A stretch of DNA of 64,000 nucleotides from Trichodelitschia bisporula (GCA_010356995.1 ML996693.1:620001-684000), one strand, 5' to 3'; shown: positions 13,074 to 26,474, counted from the first letter of the stretch. The notes: a model not told the origin generated them from the sequence alone. Translations and numbers: made by a program.

Positions 13074-13473
13074 GGCTGAGTGAAGCTTGAGGTGTAAGCG
13101 AGTGGGTAGTGGAGGGATGATGCGCGGTGCAGAGGAGCACAAGAGCAGATGAAGTGGAGAGGTTACGCAGCTATGAAGCGGAGGACGTCAAGAATGGCAT
13201 GGGGGGCGCTTATCGATATGCTAGCCTGACCCCTGCAACGTGCAACGGGATCTAGCCCGACCAGGCTCCAGTATCCTTGTCCCCGCTGACTGCGTCCCAA
13301 AAATTTCCGCCTCTACCAAAAGTTCCTTTGCGCTTCATCTCAAACCTGCCGCAACGACTTGCAGTTGTCTAGGCCTGCACCACTTCACTCGCAAATTGCA
13401 CATTTGGATCAATTGTTCTTACGCTTTCACATGACATTGGACATCGACGATACAACAATAATAGCGCCAAATC

Positions 13474-15928
13474 ATGGCACCTGGCGTAACGGGCCGCACT
13501 CGGCCGACCAAGCCCAAGAAGCTGCAGCATGCGCAAAAGCGTAAGCGCGATGATGTGGACGTGGAAAAGTTACAGCAAGCTGTCGCGGAGCTCGTGTGTT
13601 CCACCTGTGCCCCGGATGTATAACATGCTAACCGGTGTGGCATCGTAGGATACCAGCACTCCCTTCAAAGACTTCACCGACCTCCCCCTCTCCGACCCCA
13701 CGAAGGCCGGCCTCAAGGCTTCTCACTTTGTCACCCTCACTGATATCCAAGCTCGCGCCATACCTCTCGCCTTGAAAGGAATGGACATACTCGGTGCAGC
13801 GAAGACGGGTAGCGGCAAGACGTTGGCGTTCGTTATTCCCGTGCTGGAGAACCTCTACCGAGGACAGTGTGTTGGCCCGGATGCTGGGCTATGTGCCATG
13901 ATAATCTCTCCAACGCGAGAACTTGCCATTCAGATCTTCGATGTGCTCTATAAGGTCGGACGGAAGGGACATTTGTTCGCCGCTGGGCTGGTTATCGGTG
14001 GGAAGAGCTTGCGGGAAGAGCAGGACGCCTTGGCCCGGATGAACATCGTTGTGTGCACGCCGGGGCGAATGCTGCAACACTTGTCTCAAACCGCCATGCT
14101 CAATGTGGACAATCTCAAGATGCTGGTGCTGGACGAGGCAGATCGCATTTTAGACATGGGTTTCCAGCGGGATCTCGATGCCATTCTCGACTATCTACCA
14201 AAGGATCGCCAGACTCTGCTGTTCTCCGCAACTCAGACCCGCAAGGTGTCTGATCTGGCGCGTCTGAGCCTGCGTGACCCGGAATACATCTCCGTCCACG
14301 AGTCGGCGGCGTCGGCCACTCCCCAGAACTTACAGCAAAATTACGTCTTGACGCCACTTTCCGAGAAGCTAGATACTCTTTGGAGTTTCCTGCAGAACAG
14401 CAAAAAAGAGAAAACTGTAGTGTTCCTATCTTCCGGGAAGCAGGTCCGTTTCGTCTATGAAGCCTTCTGCAAGATGCAGCCCGGCATTCCGCTTCTTCAC
14501 CTCCACGGCCGCCAGAAGCAAACCGCACGCCTTGATATCACGGCTAAATTCTCCGCAGCCAAGACATCATGTCTTTTCGCCACCGATGTGGCAGCGCGTG
14601 GCCTTGATTTTCCTGCCGTCGATTGGGTCGTGCAGGTAGATTGTCCCGAAGATGCTGATACCTACATCCATCGTGTTGGCCGGACGGCTCGGTACGAACG
14701 CAACGGCAAAGCAGTGCTTTTTCTCGACCCCAGTGAAGAGGAAGGAATGCTCAAGCGGCTGGAGGCAAAGAAGGTGCCGATTGAGCGGATAAACGTGAAG
14801 CAGAAGAAGAAGACGAGCATCAAGAATCAACTCGCAAACCTTTGTTTCAAGGACCCGCAGCTCAAATATCTCGGCCAAAAAGCCTTCACATCGTACGTCA
14901 AATCCATCCATATCCAGAAGGACAGGGAGATCTTCGATCTCAATAAGCTTCCACTGGAGGAATTCGCCGCGAGCCTTGGCTTGCCCGGCGCACCACGCAT
15001 ACGCTTCATGAAGGGAGACAACTCGAAGGCGCTCAAAAATGCCCCCCGCGCGGCGCTGGTGTCGGACTCGGAGGAATCCGGCGACGCCTCTGATGCAGAG
15101 GATGTGGAGCCGAAAGCCAAAGCCAAGAAAGCTGGTGTCCGGACTAAATATGACCGCATGTTCGAGCGGACAAACCAAGATGTGCTGGCAGACCACTACG
15201 CCAAACTCATTCGGGACGACGAGGCTTCCTCAGATCACGGCGAAGAGTTCAATGGGGAGCAGGTTCCGGACGACACGTTTCTCTCCGTCAAGAGACGCAT
15301 TGATGTGGATACAGAGTTGCATTCGGGCGACGACGTCCCGGGTTTGCGTCCGAAGAAAATTGTTCACATTGCTGGGGCCAAGCAGCCCATCTTAGTCGAC
15401 TCGAAGCGGGCCGAGAAGCGGCTTTCGAGCAAAAAGAAGTTGCTCAAGTATAAGGATAAGGGCGAGAGGCTTGTCTTCGACGATGAGGGCAAGGCACATC
15501 CGATCTACGAGCTCGAGAGCGAAGAAAAGTTCAGGGGACAAGGAATGCCGGAAGAGCAGCGCAAGAAGTTTGTCGAGGCCGAGCGGGAGAAGGTCGCAAA
15601 GGCGGATGTGGGCGACAAGGAACTCGTCAGGGCCAAGCGGAGGGAGAAGAAGGAGAAGAGGAAGGAGAGAGAGCGCAGGGAGGCGGTGGAGGAACTGCGG
15701 CTCACCGACGGTGCCGGTGCTACTACCAATTCGGCCTTGGACGATTTCCTCCAAGACGCCGGGTCGGATGGCGCAAGCCAGGTGTCGGAGCGGCCGCAGA
15801 AGAAGCAAAAGAAGTGGTTCCAGGATGCTTCCGACGACGAAGCTGTGCCCAGGAAGAAGAAGGCCAAGTTCCAGGAGCCGGAGACATTGGAGGATTTGGA
15901 GTCACTGGCTGCTGGTTTTCTCAATTAG
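13474..15928 (+). CDS. DBP4: ATP-dependent RNA helicase DBP4/DDX10
   Basis: Exon 1 13474-13593; intron 13594-13648; exon 2 to TAG. Motifs: Q motif, [29 protein letters not shown], and the DBP4-type [16 protein letters not shown]. Confidence 0.93.
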
Positions 15929-15976
15929 CCTCAGTAGTTTTGAGCGAATACAGTTTAATTCCAGCGTTAAGTCGCT

Positions 15977-17692
15977 TCAGCTCTCTGTAATCTCGCTCTT
16001 CTTCCGCAGTACTGCCACCCCTTCGACATGCCCGGTCTGAGGGAAGAAGTCGAAACCCGTGAGACTCTCGATCTCGAAAACACCTTTGCCCATGCCCATG
16101 CCGCCATCAACCCCTTCCATTCCTCCAACAAGCGCGCCAATGTCCCGTGCTTGAGTGTGGACGTTACAGCTGACGTACACAACCCTGGCCGGGCTGTACT
16201 GGAGCAACTGCGTCAAGAAGCCCTCATCGCACCCCTTTCGCGGCGGATCGATGACAACCACGGTTTCATCGGCGGGGAATGTGATGCTGGCAAAAAGATC
16301 GGATGCATCGGCAGCAATAAACGAAGCGTGCTCGGGAGGGAGGTTGTTGAGGCGAGCGTTTTTAGTGGCGGATGCGATCGACGATGCCGATATGTCGATT
16401 CCTAGGCTACGCTTGAACATTGATGAAAGGGTGATAGTGAAGAGGCCACTGCCGGAATAGGCATCGATAAGGTTGGTGATAGGGCGGCTCGCCGGCGTTT
16501 TCGGCAGGATGTGATCACGGATGTACTGCGTGAAAACCGGGAGGATAGAGTTGTTGTTCTGGAAAAAGGCGCCGGCCGGATTTTGGAAGACGTGGTCGTC
16601 AATGTACTCCGTGGTAGTCGCGTTGGAGTCTGTCATGCATGTTTTGACATGGAGGTATTCACCGCGATCTTCGACTACTGCGTCTCCTGGAAGTGCATCT
16701 GCAGGCTGGTCTCCCGAAGGCTTCGGTTTCCGCTCCGTGTTCTCTCGGAGCAGCAGGGTGGCGCCTCGCAGGTAACTGTCTATATTCTCTGCCACTCGCT
16801 GTCTCTCGCGCTTCATACCAGCTCTGACGGCATCCGTGCCTATCGGGCAGTCCTCGATGTCGAGGGTGCTTCGCGTACCCTTTTTCATGAAGCCAATAGG
16901 GGGAACTTCCGACCACTTTGGTTTGACATTGTTCCGCCGGTCCCTGCGGCCACCAGGAGGACCGTCGAAGTGGGGCGTGAGCTTCGTCCGGTATCCATAC
17001 TCAAGGGGTGAGCCGATGGTGTCACCTACGGAAGGGACGAGGTGCGGGTCGAGGCCCGAGAAGTTGCGGTACGCCTTTTCGACGATAGTTTTCTTGTGCG
17101 CCAACTGGTCGCTGTACGGCAGCATCTGAAACTGGCAGCCGGAGCATTTGGAAAAGTAGGGGCACCGGATCAACGAATCGTCCCTCCGCGAGGAAGGCTC
17201 CACGAGCTTCACAAAGTCGGCTAAGGAATAGGAATAATCTTTGACGTGCTTGAAGACTTTTGCGATGACAACATCACCCGGCACCGCAAAGGGAACAACA
17301 TAGACATGGCCAGATGCGTCGTGATATGCGAGGGCATCTCCAGTGGAGGATATTTCCGAAACGGTTAATTCGACCTCCGATTGCAACTCCGGAAGTTTTG
17401 TAGGTTCCGACCCATGGTTTGAGATATCGTTCGCCAAAGAAAGCGACTTCAGCAGGCTTTGAACGTCGGTCAAAAGCACATCATCAGTTGGGCCTGGCTT
17501 CGCTTGCTTTTCAATCCTCCGCTGCCTCTTGTTCTTGAACCGGTAGCTCTGGTCGTTCATGGAGCGTTTAGTGCTGCTGTGCGGCAAAACATCTACAGCG
17601 GAAGACGGCATGCTGGAATTCCAAGACCGTGTATAGATGGAGGAAGTTTTGGGAAGATATTGAAAGAGGCGGAGAGCGGAGCGTTGAAGCAT
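15977..17692 (-). CDS. TRM2: tRNA (uracil-54-C5)-methyltransferase, TrmA/Trm2 family
   Basis: Intronless. TRAM-like N-terminus, CPYFSKCSGCQFQ, FFQNN, DAYSGSGLF (SAM binding), IDPPRKG, YVSCN (catalytic Cys), DFFPQTGHVE. First ATG 17692, second in-frame ATG 17611. Confidence 0.92.
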   Translation of the reverse strand: MLQRSALRLFQYLPKTSSIYTRSWNSSMPSSAVDVLPHSSTKRSMNDQSYRFKNKRQRRIEKQAKPGPTDDVLLTDVQSLLKSLSLANDISNHGSEPTKLPELQSEVELTVSEISSTGDALAYHDASGHVYVVPFAVPGDVVIAKVFKHVKDYSYSLADFVKLVEPSSRRDDSLIRCPYFSKCSGCQFQMLPYSDQLAHKKTIVEKAYRNFSGLDPHLVPSVGDTIGSPLEYGYRTKLTPHFDGPPGGRRDRRNNVKPKWSEVPPIGFMKKGTRSTLDIEDCPIGTDAVRAGMKRERQRVAENIDSYLRGATLLLRENTERKPKPSGDQPADALPGDAVVEDRGEYLHVKTCMTDSNATTTEYIDDHVFQNPAGAFFQNNNSILPVFTQYIRDHILPKTPASRPITNLIDAYSGSGLFTITLSSMFKRSLGIDISASSIASATKNARLNNLPPEHASFIAADASDLFASITFPADETVVVIDPPRKGCDEGFLTQLLQYSPARVVYVSCNVHTQARDIGALVGGMEGVDGGMGMGKGVFEIESLTGFDFFPQTGHVEGVAVLRKKSEITES

Positions 17693-17924
17693 GAATGTGT
17701 GCTCGCCGGTGGTTGTAAAATTTCTGGTAGTCAAGGCTGCGACAGGGCACCAAGATGCGCCACATTATTTGCTGCTAACCCGAAGCCTTCTGCGGCACGA
17801 CCCGCAACCTTACAAAACTTTTGGCCGATCAAGCCCCAACATCACCTCCAGCTCTCACCACAACCCCCTCCGACAACCCCCCTCCGTCGTCCATTGAGTT
17901 GGATATCGTAGCCTCTCAGGCGCA

Positions 17925-19332
17925 ATGAGCGTCTGTCGCCCAGTCGCGCGATGCCTCTTATCGACATCAGCGGCAAATCCTTCGTCGGCCGCTCTGCGCA
18001 TCGCTCCACATCGTATACGATGTTTTGCAACAACTCCACGAAGCAATGACACCAAGCGCCCCAAGCAGTTGGATCCAGCAAAGAGTTTCCGGCCATACAC
18101 GGAGGAGGAAAAGGCGGCGTTGAAAGCCTACTACACGCCGGAACAGATTGCAGCCATCGAGGCAGCAGAAGCCGCAATCGCCCCTCGCGATCTCGAAAAG
18201 CAGACCAAAGTGCGCACCGACCCATGGCGTGTTACCTACCCTGACGACTTCACCACTATCGACCCGTTGTTGGACTTTCAACCGAAGCCCGAGGTGACGA
18301 GTGCACCTTCATTATACTTGAAGACAGATGAGGAATGGTACAGTGAGACGGCGCAGAAATTGCAGGACCCAAGAACGACGGAGGAACTCTTTGCGCAGGT
18401 CCAACGGTCAAAAAGCCTTCCTGCACATGTGAAAGAGAATGCCCTCAAGCTCAAGAAGCATATTGGCACGCAAAAGGAGACGGCAGTGCGGGTCATGTTG
18501 GGAAAGCTTATCCCGAACAAGACCACGCCGAAGGTGCAAAGCGAGCAGGACCACGAAGAGCTGGCCTTCACTAAGCGGCTGGGACTCGACCCGGACGACC
18601 CCTTGTGGTTAGTAGGCGGCAAGGGCAAGGAGCTGATGTTGGATGAGAGTGCATCGGCGCTCGCGCCTGAGATACCCAAGTTTGACGACCCTCGGGTTCG
18701 CTGGCCCACTTCAGACGAGGATGATCCCGCAGCTGCGGCCATGAAGCAGGTCTCACTGGTTACTGGCTACTCTCTCCAGGAGCTCAGGCAGCTAAAGACG
18801 AAAATACTCTCCAACCATCGCGTAGTAAACCAGACGCGCATGGGCAAGATCCAATCCATATACTGCCTAAGCATTGCAGGAAATGGGAAAGGCCTGCTGG
18901 GAATCGGTGAAGGCAAGTCGGCGGAAGGCAGTGAAGCGGCGCGGATGTCCACCATGGCCGCCATCCGCAACATGAAGCCCATTCCGCGGTACGAAGACAG
19001 GACCATTTATGGCGAGGTCAAGGGCAAGGTCGGCGCCGCTGAGGTTACTCTGAGCTCCCGACCGCCAGGTGCGTTGCTCGTTTCCGTGCCGTTCGCAGCT
19101 AACAGCGTCAGGTTTCGGTATCCGTTGCCAGCATCTCATCTACGAAATGTGCCGCGCCGCAGGAATTTCAGATCTGGCGGCGCGAGTGACGCGCTCGCGG
19201 AATCCCATGAACGTAGCCAAGGCGACATACGAAGCGCTGATGAGCCAACGCCTCCCGGAGGACATTGCGCGTGCGCGGGGGAAGAAGCTGGTAGATCTGC
19301 GCAAGGTGTACTACGCGGGACATGTGCATTGA
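17925..19332 (+). CDS. MRPS5: Mitochondrial small-subunit ribosomal protein uS5m
   Basis: Presequence-like N-terminus. S5 domain: RVVNQTRMGKIQSIYCLSIAGNGKGLLGIGEGKS..IPRYEDRTIYG. The 43-nt intron 19069-19111 joins RPP|GFGIRCQHLIYEMCRAAGISDL. Confidence 0.9.
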
Positions 19333-19458
19333 GCCAGCAGTAGCGTGTAAATATGAAGGCGACCCCGTCAAGCATGTGCATTCGTATTCTTGTGTCTCGT
19401 GTCCATGTGAAATCGTCATGTCTGTCTCAAACTCCTCCTCCATCGGCGCCTCGCCATT

Positions 19459-19820
19459 CTACCGGCCGTCGTTTGCGCCCATCTCCTCTTCGCCAATCTG
19501 CTGCTGCAGCACGATGCTGTACACGCTCGCCTTGAGCAGCGTGAACACAAGACTGGTCTTGCGCTCGAGCCCACGCAGCGAATCGAGTATTTCAGTCGAG
19601 GGATTCGAGGCCAACTCAGCAAGGAGACCAGACAGCTGCCAGCGGAATTAGCGGTACTCCTTGCGCGCGCGGGGCTGAGGGGAGGACGAACGTTGTTGAG
19701 GTTGTCCAGCAGGTGAGCATACTCGTCCAAAACCTCCTGTTCGAGCGGCGTGAGGGTTTCGTCGACAGGAGGGCTGGTTTGCGACGCGGCCAGGGCCGAA
19801 TCTGGTGGGAGGGAGGCCAT
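19459..19820 (-). CDS. DAD3: DASH/Dam1 kinetochore complex subunit Dad3
   Basis: Exons 19820-19692 and 19635-19459 give LTPLEQEVLDEYAHLLDNLNN|LSGLLAELASNPSTEILDSLRGLERKTSLVFTLLKASVYSIVLQQ. Confidence 0.9.
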
Positions 19821-20270
19821 TGCGGGGTGCGGGCGCAATTTGTGAAGGGCGGTGTTTGGTGGAGCACTTTCACTCGACGTGCGCGATGGGTGAGGCGCGG
19901 TCGCAGGGATTCCGCGCGCTTCTCGGCATCACGCAGGCACGCGGCACCTTGTCCGGATTTTGAACCATCAAGCTCACGTCACGCGTCGAAAACTTATGCT
20001 TGTAGTTATCATACAGCAACGACAACCGTCAAACAGCACCTATGCATGCCCTTCGATTCACAGAAATAGAGAGTCAAGGGAACGCCGTATTTGCCGCGCA
20101 CCCTCAAGGGGAAAAAAAAAAACTAGACGGCTGCCTTTCTGCCCAACTCCGACCCAACTCCCCCCATAAAAAAGTACAGTGTCCACCCGTGAGTCGGCCA
20201 GAATCCCCGGTCGCACATTAGTAGAATGCGAAAGGAGTGTCGTAGAAACCAAAGGTTCCCTCATACAGTC

Positions 20271-22315
20271 CTATCTATGCGAAACACCGTCGTCTATCTG
20301 GTGCATGTCGTCGTCTCCATCATGATGCAGCGTGACGCTGTTGAAGTCCTCAAAAGGGTCGGGGACGTCTTCGCCAGGCGTCTGCAGCCCAGAGTCGAGC
20401 GGGACTCCCTTTGGCTTTGCCGCCGAGATGTCCACGCTCTGGCTCTCCTTGACGTTGCGGAAGTTGACCGTGTCAATGCCACGGCCTTGGTGTGGGATCA
20501 TGGGCGGCTTCGTGTTGCGCAACAGCGCCCACTGTGTCGTACGGAAGAAGGGATGCGCCTTGACGTCAGACGCTCCCGCGCGAGAACCGAGCCGTCGCAA
20601 CTCATCCTTGGTAAGGAGCTTGCGGATCAGTTGCTTGCACAAACTTGAGGTGTTAGCAGTGTACGGAATACAAACGAGGGCAGCTAACTTGGATACGGAA
20701 GGCGAGCCAGATCCGTCAGGGAAGGGCACTTCATCCCGCAGGATGTTTGCAAACGTTGCGTTTCGGTTCTTCCCCTTGAAGGGCGTCGTCCCGTAAAGCA
20801 TCTCGTAGATCAAGATCCCGAGCGTCCACCAGTCAACCGCGCTCGTGTGGCCACAGCCTTTGATGACCTCGGGAGCGATGTATTCTTCTGTGCCGACGAA
20901 CGAGTTGGTCCGGAAGTTTGCGATGCAGGACTTTGTGTCGATAGTCGGCAGTTGGCTCGATGACGTGCCATTGCGCCCCAATATCATCGTGGGACGTCCG
21001 CCAGTGTCCGATTGCTTAGAGAGGTCAAAGTCCGAGAGCATGATGTGGCCTGACTGGTGTAACAGGATGTCTGCGCGTGTCAGTAGATGTCATTATTAGT
21101 AAAGAATTAACGCACTTTCGGGCTTCAAGTCGCGGTAGATGAAACCCATCAGATGCAGGTACTCGAGCGCGGCAGTCACTTCGGCAGCGTAGAAGCGTGC
21201 CGCATCTTCGTCAACGCACTTGTTGGGCCTAGTTTGAAGCGCTGCATGGGTCAGTCTGGCTCTCGGAGTAAATGTAATTTCAACATACCGCGGAAGAACT
21301 CGCCGCCGCTGCAGTACTCCATGCACAGATAGAGATGGTCCTCGGATTGGAACGAGTGATAGAGAGTGACGATGAACGGGTGGTTGCTGGTGGCAAGGAT
21401 CTCCTGTTCGGCCAACGCACGCTTGATCTTGTTGCGCTTGATCATCTCTTTCTTGCTCAACACCTTCATAGCATAGAGCCGTGCCGACTTCTTCTCCCGA
21501 ACTAGGTACACCTTACCCACGTCACCCTTGCCGATGAGCTTGATCTTGTCGAAGCTACTCGGACCGACCTCGACATTGCGCACCTTGATCGAGTTGGAGG
21601 AATACGTCCGCCGGAACGTAGCAGCGGCGCGGATCTGGCCGGGCGTCGGGATACCGTTTCCTGTGGGAATTGGCAGCAAGTTGTCGTTGCCAGAAGTGGG
21701 GACCAGGGCTGTGGTGCTCGCATTAGCCGGCATCGGATCATGCTCCATATCGGCGGTCGACGGCCGGTCTCCGTTTTTGCCTTTCGCGAAGAGGCCCTGG
21801 GCATTGGGAGCCGATGCAACGCGCCGCAACTTCCGGGCCAGTTCCTCTTTGCCCGTCGTCGCCGCCTGGTCGTTCGCGCCGCTCACAGCATCGACATCGG
21901 TAGTATTGATCCTCGGCGTGTCCGGCGGCGACGGCGGCACGCTACCTTCATTGTGATGCCGCAGCGCCGGCATGCCCTGGTGCTGGAAGTATGGGTTGGC
22001 ATTGGCCGTAGGCGACATGGCCTCTTCCAAGGCATTGCCTTCGCTGGCTACCGTGTGCGACCGGTTGCGCCCGATGTGAGGGAGGAAGCGAGACTGTCTG
22101 AAGCTTGCCTTTTCATTCTTGGTGGCGCTTGATCCATCTTGCGAACTCTTGGGCTCTTTGGGTTCCTTCTCTCCGCTATTGATCCGGAAAAAGTTCCTCA
22201 ACCGCTGCGAGACGTGGTTTGTCGACACCTGCTTGTTGGTGGACAGGGGAATGCCGCTGAAGGCGCGCTTGTCGCCGCCGGGCAGAGCGGACGACGAGCT
22301 GAAGAGTTGCGTCAT
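20271..22315 (-). CDS. nrc-2: AGC-family Ser/Thr kinase, NRC-2/Kin82/Fpk1 type
   Basis: Exons 22315-21289, 21241-21116, 21070-20689, 20643-20271. Motifs: [23 protein letters not shown] in place of DFG (typical of this subfamily), [14 protein letters not shown]. Confidence 0.9.
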
Positions 22316-25300
22316 TATGTTGTATGTAAACGAAGGTCGGTAGACGAAGGTGGTTTACGAAGGCGATGGGTGGGTGTCGTGGACGGAGGAGCGTAGCCGG
22401 TTACGTGGTTTGATAATAGGGCAATGCTGCCATAGCTTGGGGGCGGAGAAGTGAAGGGGCAGACGTCGGACGGATGAATTGGCGAGGTGTTTGGTGGGGG
22501 GGGGGGGGGGTGCGTGAGCGACAGAAGACAGGTTCGATCAGGTTATGAGCGTGTTGCAGTTTTGGGTTGGAGTTCAAACGGGTGGTGGGTGGAGATGTGC
22601 GGGAGTGAAGTCGTCAAGTCGTCAGGGCACCAGGTAAAGAGGTGATGTTGGGACCTTCCCGCCTCCCGTGCGTTTCGCCAGCCAAGACGTGGTGTGGGTT
22701 TGGGACCAACAGAGTGACAGCGCGGGTGGGGTGGGTTCAAGCGGCAAGATCCGAAGGTTTTCCCTTTCGCCTTCTTTTTCAATCTCTGACGGACGGTATG
22801 ACGGAGAAAGGAATTGTTGCTGACAAGACAATGAGAGGAGAGGGAGTCTCGGAGTTTTGGGAGGTTCACGGCCCTAAAGAGAATATGTTTTGGCTGACAA
22901 AAGGGTGATCGACTGTGTCCGTCACATTCCTTAGGTGCNNNNNNNNNNNNNNNNNNNNNNNNNNNNNNNNNNNNNNNNNNNNNNNNNNNNNNNNNNNNNN
23001 NNNNNNNNNNNNNNNNNNAACTAGGGGAGGGGAGGCGGGGAAGGGGGAAGGGGAAGGGCTGTGCGCGGGAGTCTACGGTACGTAGTTGGGCTTAGAACTA
23101 GAACTAGTGACTGGAGGAGAGAGAGAGAGAGAGGGAGACGGAATATGTTTGTGTATGAGAATGGGTACGATAATTGAGCAGGGAGAGTAAAAGATGTGAA
23201 CAGGAAGCTACATGCTCAATGGTTACATAGCGCACGAGCTCTCGTCTCGTCTTCTTCTCTGCTTCTTTTTTCCTTCTACGACGAGGGTGGGGTGGCTGAG
23301 GCTCTGATGATTCGATGATTTCCAATAAGACCGTACTCCACAAAGCAAATCCCGCAACCTGGGGCTCGCATGCAGTGTTTCCCAGGACTTCGCTCACTTC
23401 CACCGGTGCGCCTACAAGGTGCTACCGTATGTACGGATGTACCGGCCACTCATAGCAGATATGGTACCTAGTTGACTATTCATGAGAGTTATCGTACTGA
23501 CAAACTTGAGGGGCTGAGGAGAGGCAAAAGCCGACGGCAAAGCGGCAAAGCGGCGGCGACATCCCGCACCTACGTTGTATATGGTTAGCTAGGGCTGAGA
23601 GACTACATCCGTACAGGGTGAGGAGGGCGGGGTATCTTCTCAGCGTTGGTTTGCGACGAAAGGGAAAAATGGCGGAGCAGTGAATTGCTATTAATGCTGT
23701 TCAACCTCCGCTGGCTGTGCTGCTGTCCTCTACGGTATCTATTTGTGTCCTTTGTTGTTGCTTCCCTGCGACTGCTGATCTGCCGCAGACTACGGTAGTT
23801 CCAGTCGCCTTGTGCGATCGGCTATTGCGTGTCAAGTCCAGGCTCCCGCGCTGATCCTGAACGAAGCATCTTCTTCAGGCCTGGCCCAAAGCTTCAGTTG
23901 CATCTCTCGTCTAGCTAATCTGTCCATCCTTCGTCCCTTCTCCAGTTGGCGACCAAGGCGTGCCGCGCGCCTTCTTTCATCATATCGTCATTGCTCGGCC
24001 ACCCAGTATGTTGGCAGTGTAGAAGCTGTAAATCGTAGATGCTATATCATAAGGGCTCTCCGACGTCGGGTACTCCGTACTCTCATCTCATCTCATCCAG
24101 CTAGCAAAACAAATTCGAATGGCATCTCTTTGCCATCTGCTTCCCCCCTCTTCCCCCCTCGCTATTACTGTATCGTTATGGCATTCATGAGGCGACAAAA
24201 TCAACCTGTCTCCCAGTCTTTGATATGCCAACACGTGTTTCGGGGTCCACCTGGTATCGGTTCCATCCACCCTCGTCAATGATGGAGGCCCCAGTGACTG
24301 CCATATCTCTTATGCAGTACGACGAGTGACGGCCAGTTACGCCTCCCTTCTCTCTGGACATAACCATTATCTATTACTGAACCATGAGCACCCTCTGCAG
24401 CAATACGGTGAGCTGAGGGGTAAGTCAGTAGAAGTGGCGGGCATAAGAAGGGACATGGCACTCCGTTGATCGAGGAACTGCACTACGAGGAAGGCTGCTA
24501 CCCTTGGAGGATATTACTGCGAAATAATGATGACGGTGATAATGGTAGCAGATGAATATAGTAGACGCGGCCTTGTTAGGTGGCCCCCGCTCCTGCCAAC
24601 CGGGTTCACAGGCCTGCAACCATAAGGCGATCGGACAAGTGCCAGAAGCACCCCCCACCAAACTATTTCTTGCCTATGGCTGGGGAGTTACTTCATACTT
24701 CCTCTCGAAAAATTCATTGACGCCTTTCGCTTGAATGAGCAACGACACTTGTCTCATCCCACGCGTCGCATACCGGTCAGTTCGAAAAGCCCCACGTACT
24801 TCGCCATTGTGCCCCGTATTTCTCAGCTTCTCCGTGCCTTTACCAGCCACATGGTACCATAGATTAAGCGATGATAACATGTACCGAGTCGGCAACAAGC
24901 ATCCCAAGCCAACATTGGGCGTCATGTATGCCTTCGGGCGAAGCCAGCGGGTGGCATTATGCATAGCTAAAGACCAGAAGAGATATATTCCTTTCCTCCC
25001 TCCTCCCCTCTCCGGCCTTACTCTAACTGAACCAATCACCAGACGGTAGTTTTAAGAAATACCAAACAATTAGACCTGCTCACCCTACCAAAGCCACTCA
25101 GACCTACAGTCAAGGGAAGAATTTCCCACTGGTCTTACAAGACGACTTACGTTGCAAACAGGGCTAAATGAAGTTTCAGCACCCCCGCCGCCACCAAAAT
25201 ACGGCGTGAATGTCTTAAACAGGTAACTAGGCAGGTTTGAAGCAATATGGGATTCTGTATATCATCTTGTTGGTGGAGAGGCTTTATGTAGCTTTTAAAC

Positions 25301-25892
25301 ATGTGTATGAGCTCAAGGTCCCGTTTACCGCAAACTTTCTAATTGGCCGATCGATCATACCTTCGACGTTTCGATCGCCTTCAAACGCATGCCAGAGGCC
25401 GATGGGCTAACATTATTTAGCCCGACTACTAGGGCTCGGCTCATTAAAAGAAAGTGCCTTATCCAGCCATATCGCTTCGTGTTCTACTGGCCCTATCCAC
25501 CTGCAGCAAAGCTTTTCATTCTACTACGAAGTTGTCATCAAGTGGATGTAAGGACTCCGATATATTCAGGGGAATGTTTAAAACTGCCGTCTTCTAATTC
25601 ACTGGGTTGGAAATGTGCTTGTAGGGCGCGTAGCATAGGTTTTAGAAGCCTACGTGAAAGTTTCTCTCCCGCATTCCCATTTAACATGTTGAGGTCATAA
25701 AGAGAACGCGCAACCGATGGCAAAGGACTGTGTTGGGTGCACTTTGCCCATCGTTGCCCTCATTCATTCCTTCGTCTAACATGCTAAAAGTACCTTGGTT
25801 GATGGCCTGGACAGCTCGCGAAAGCCACGGGCTATTTTATTTACCACATCAATCATTCCCTGATGGAGAAAACCACACCCTTCAGCCAACTG

Positions 25893-26049
25893 GCTCTTGT
25901 ACTGTGGGCGTTGTCCCTGGAGTCATCGTAACAAGCGGACCAATTTAAAAGCGGGATATTTTTCAAGCATTTTCATGTCAAGAAATTCTGCTCTTTGATT
26001 AGTCCGCTAGTTACGAGGATGCCCGCGAGGACGTCCGCAGGACAAGGGA
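25893..26049. mobile_element. Degenerate palindromic MITE-like element (type B, copy 1)
   Basis: Left arm gctcttgtactgtgggcg..tcgtaacaagcggaccaat is an imperfect inverted repeat of right arm attagtccgctagttacgagg..acgtccgcaggacaaggga. Confidence 0.7.
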
Positions 26050-26474
26050 TGCTGCACAGCCAATGGGCATGAGCAATAGCCTGACTTTGTAGAAATGAGT
26101 TCTACTTGTATGGGTTACTGCCGGACGTCAAAGTGAGAATTAAGGGGAAATGATGTTGCCCTTCCATAGCCGTTGGCAAAATTGGCCAACCGCCCGCGGA
26201 ATGGTGGGAGAGGGGGGGGCGGTAATAATGTAGTGGAAAAGGAAATGTTGCATATCATACGTTAGCAGCTTCCGGGCTGTAGACCGATAGGTCCAGTACA
26301 ATAACACAATTACCCTAAGCGACAAATACATGCTCAAACTAGGTCTGCAAATATAATTTGAGTTTTGAAACTACCAATAGCAGCTTCAGTCAGTATTGCA
26401 GTCTCTTTTTGAGCTAATATTATCTACTAAGTCAAATGACCTGAGACACCAGGTGGTTCCCCACAGATTTATTA

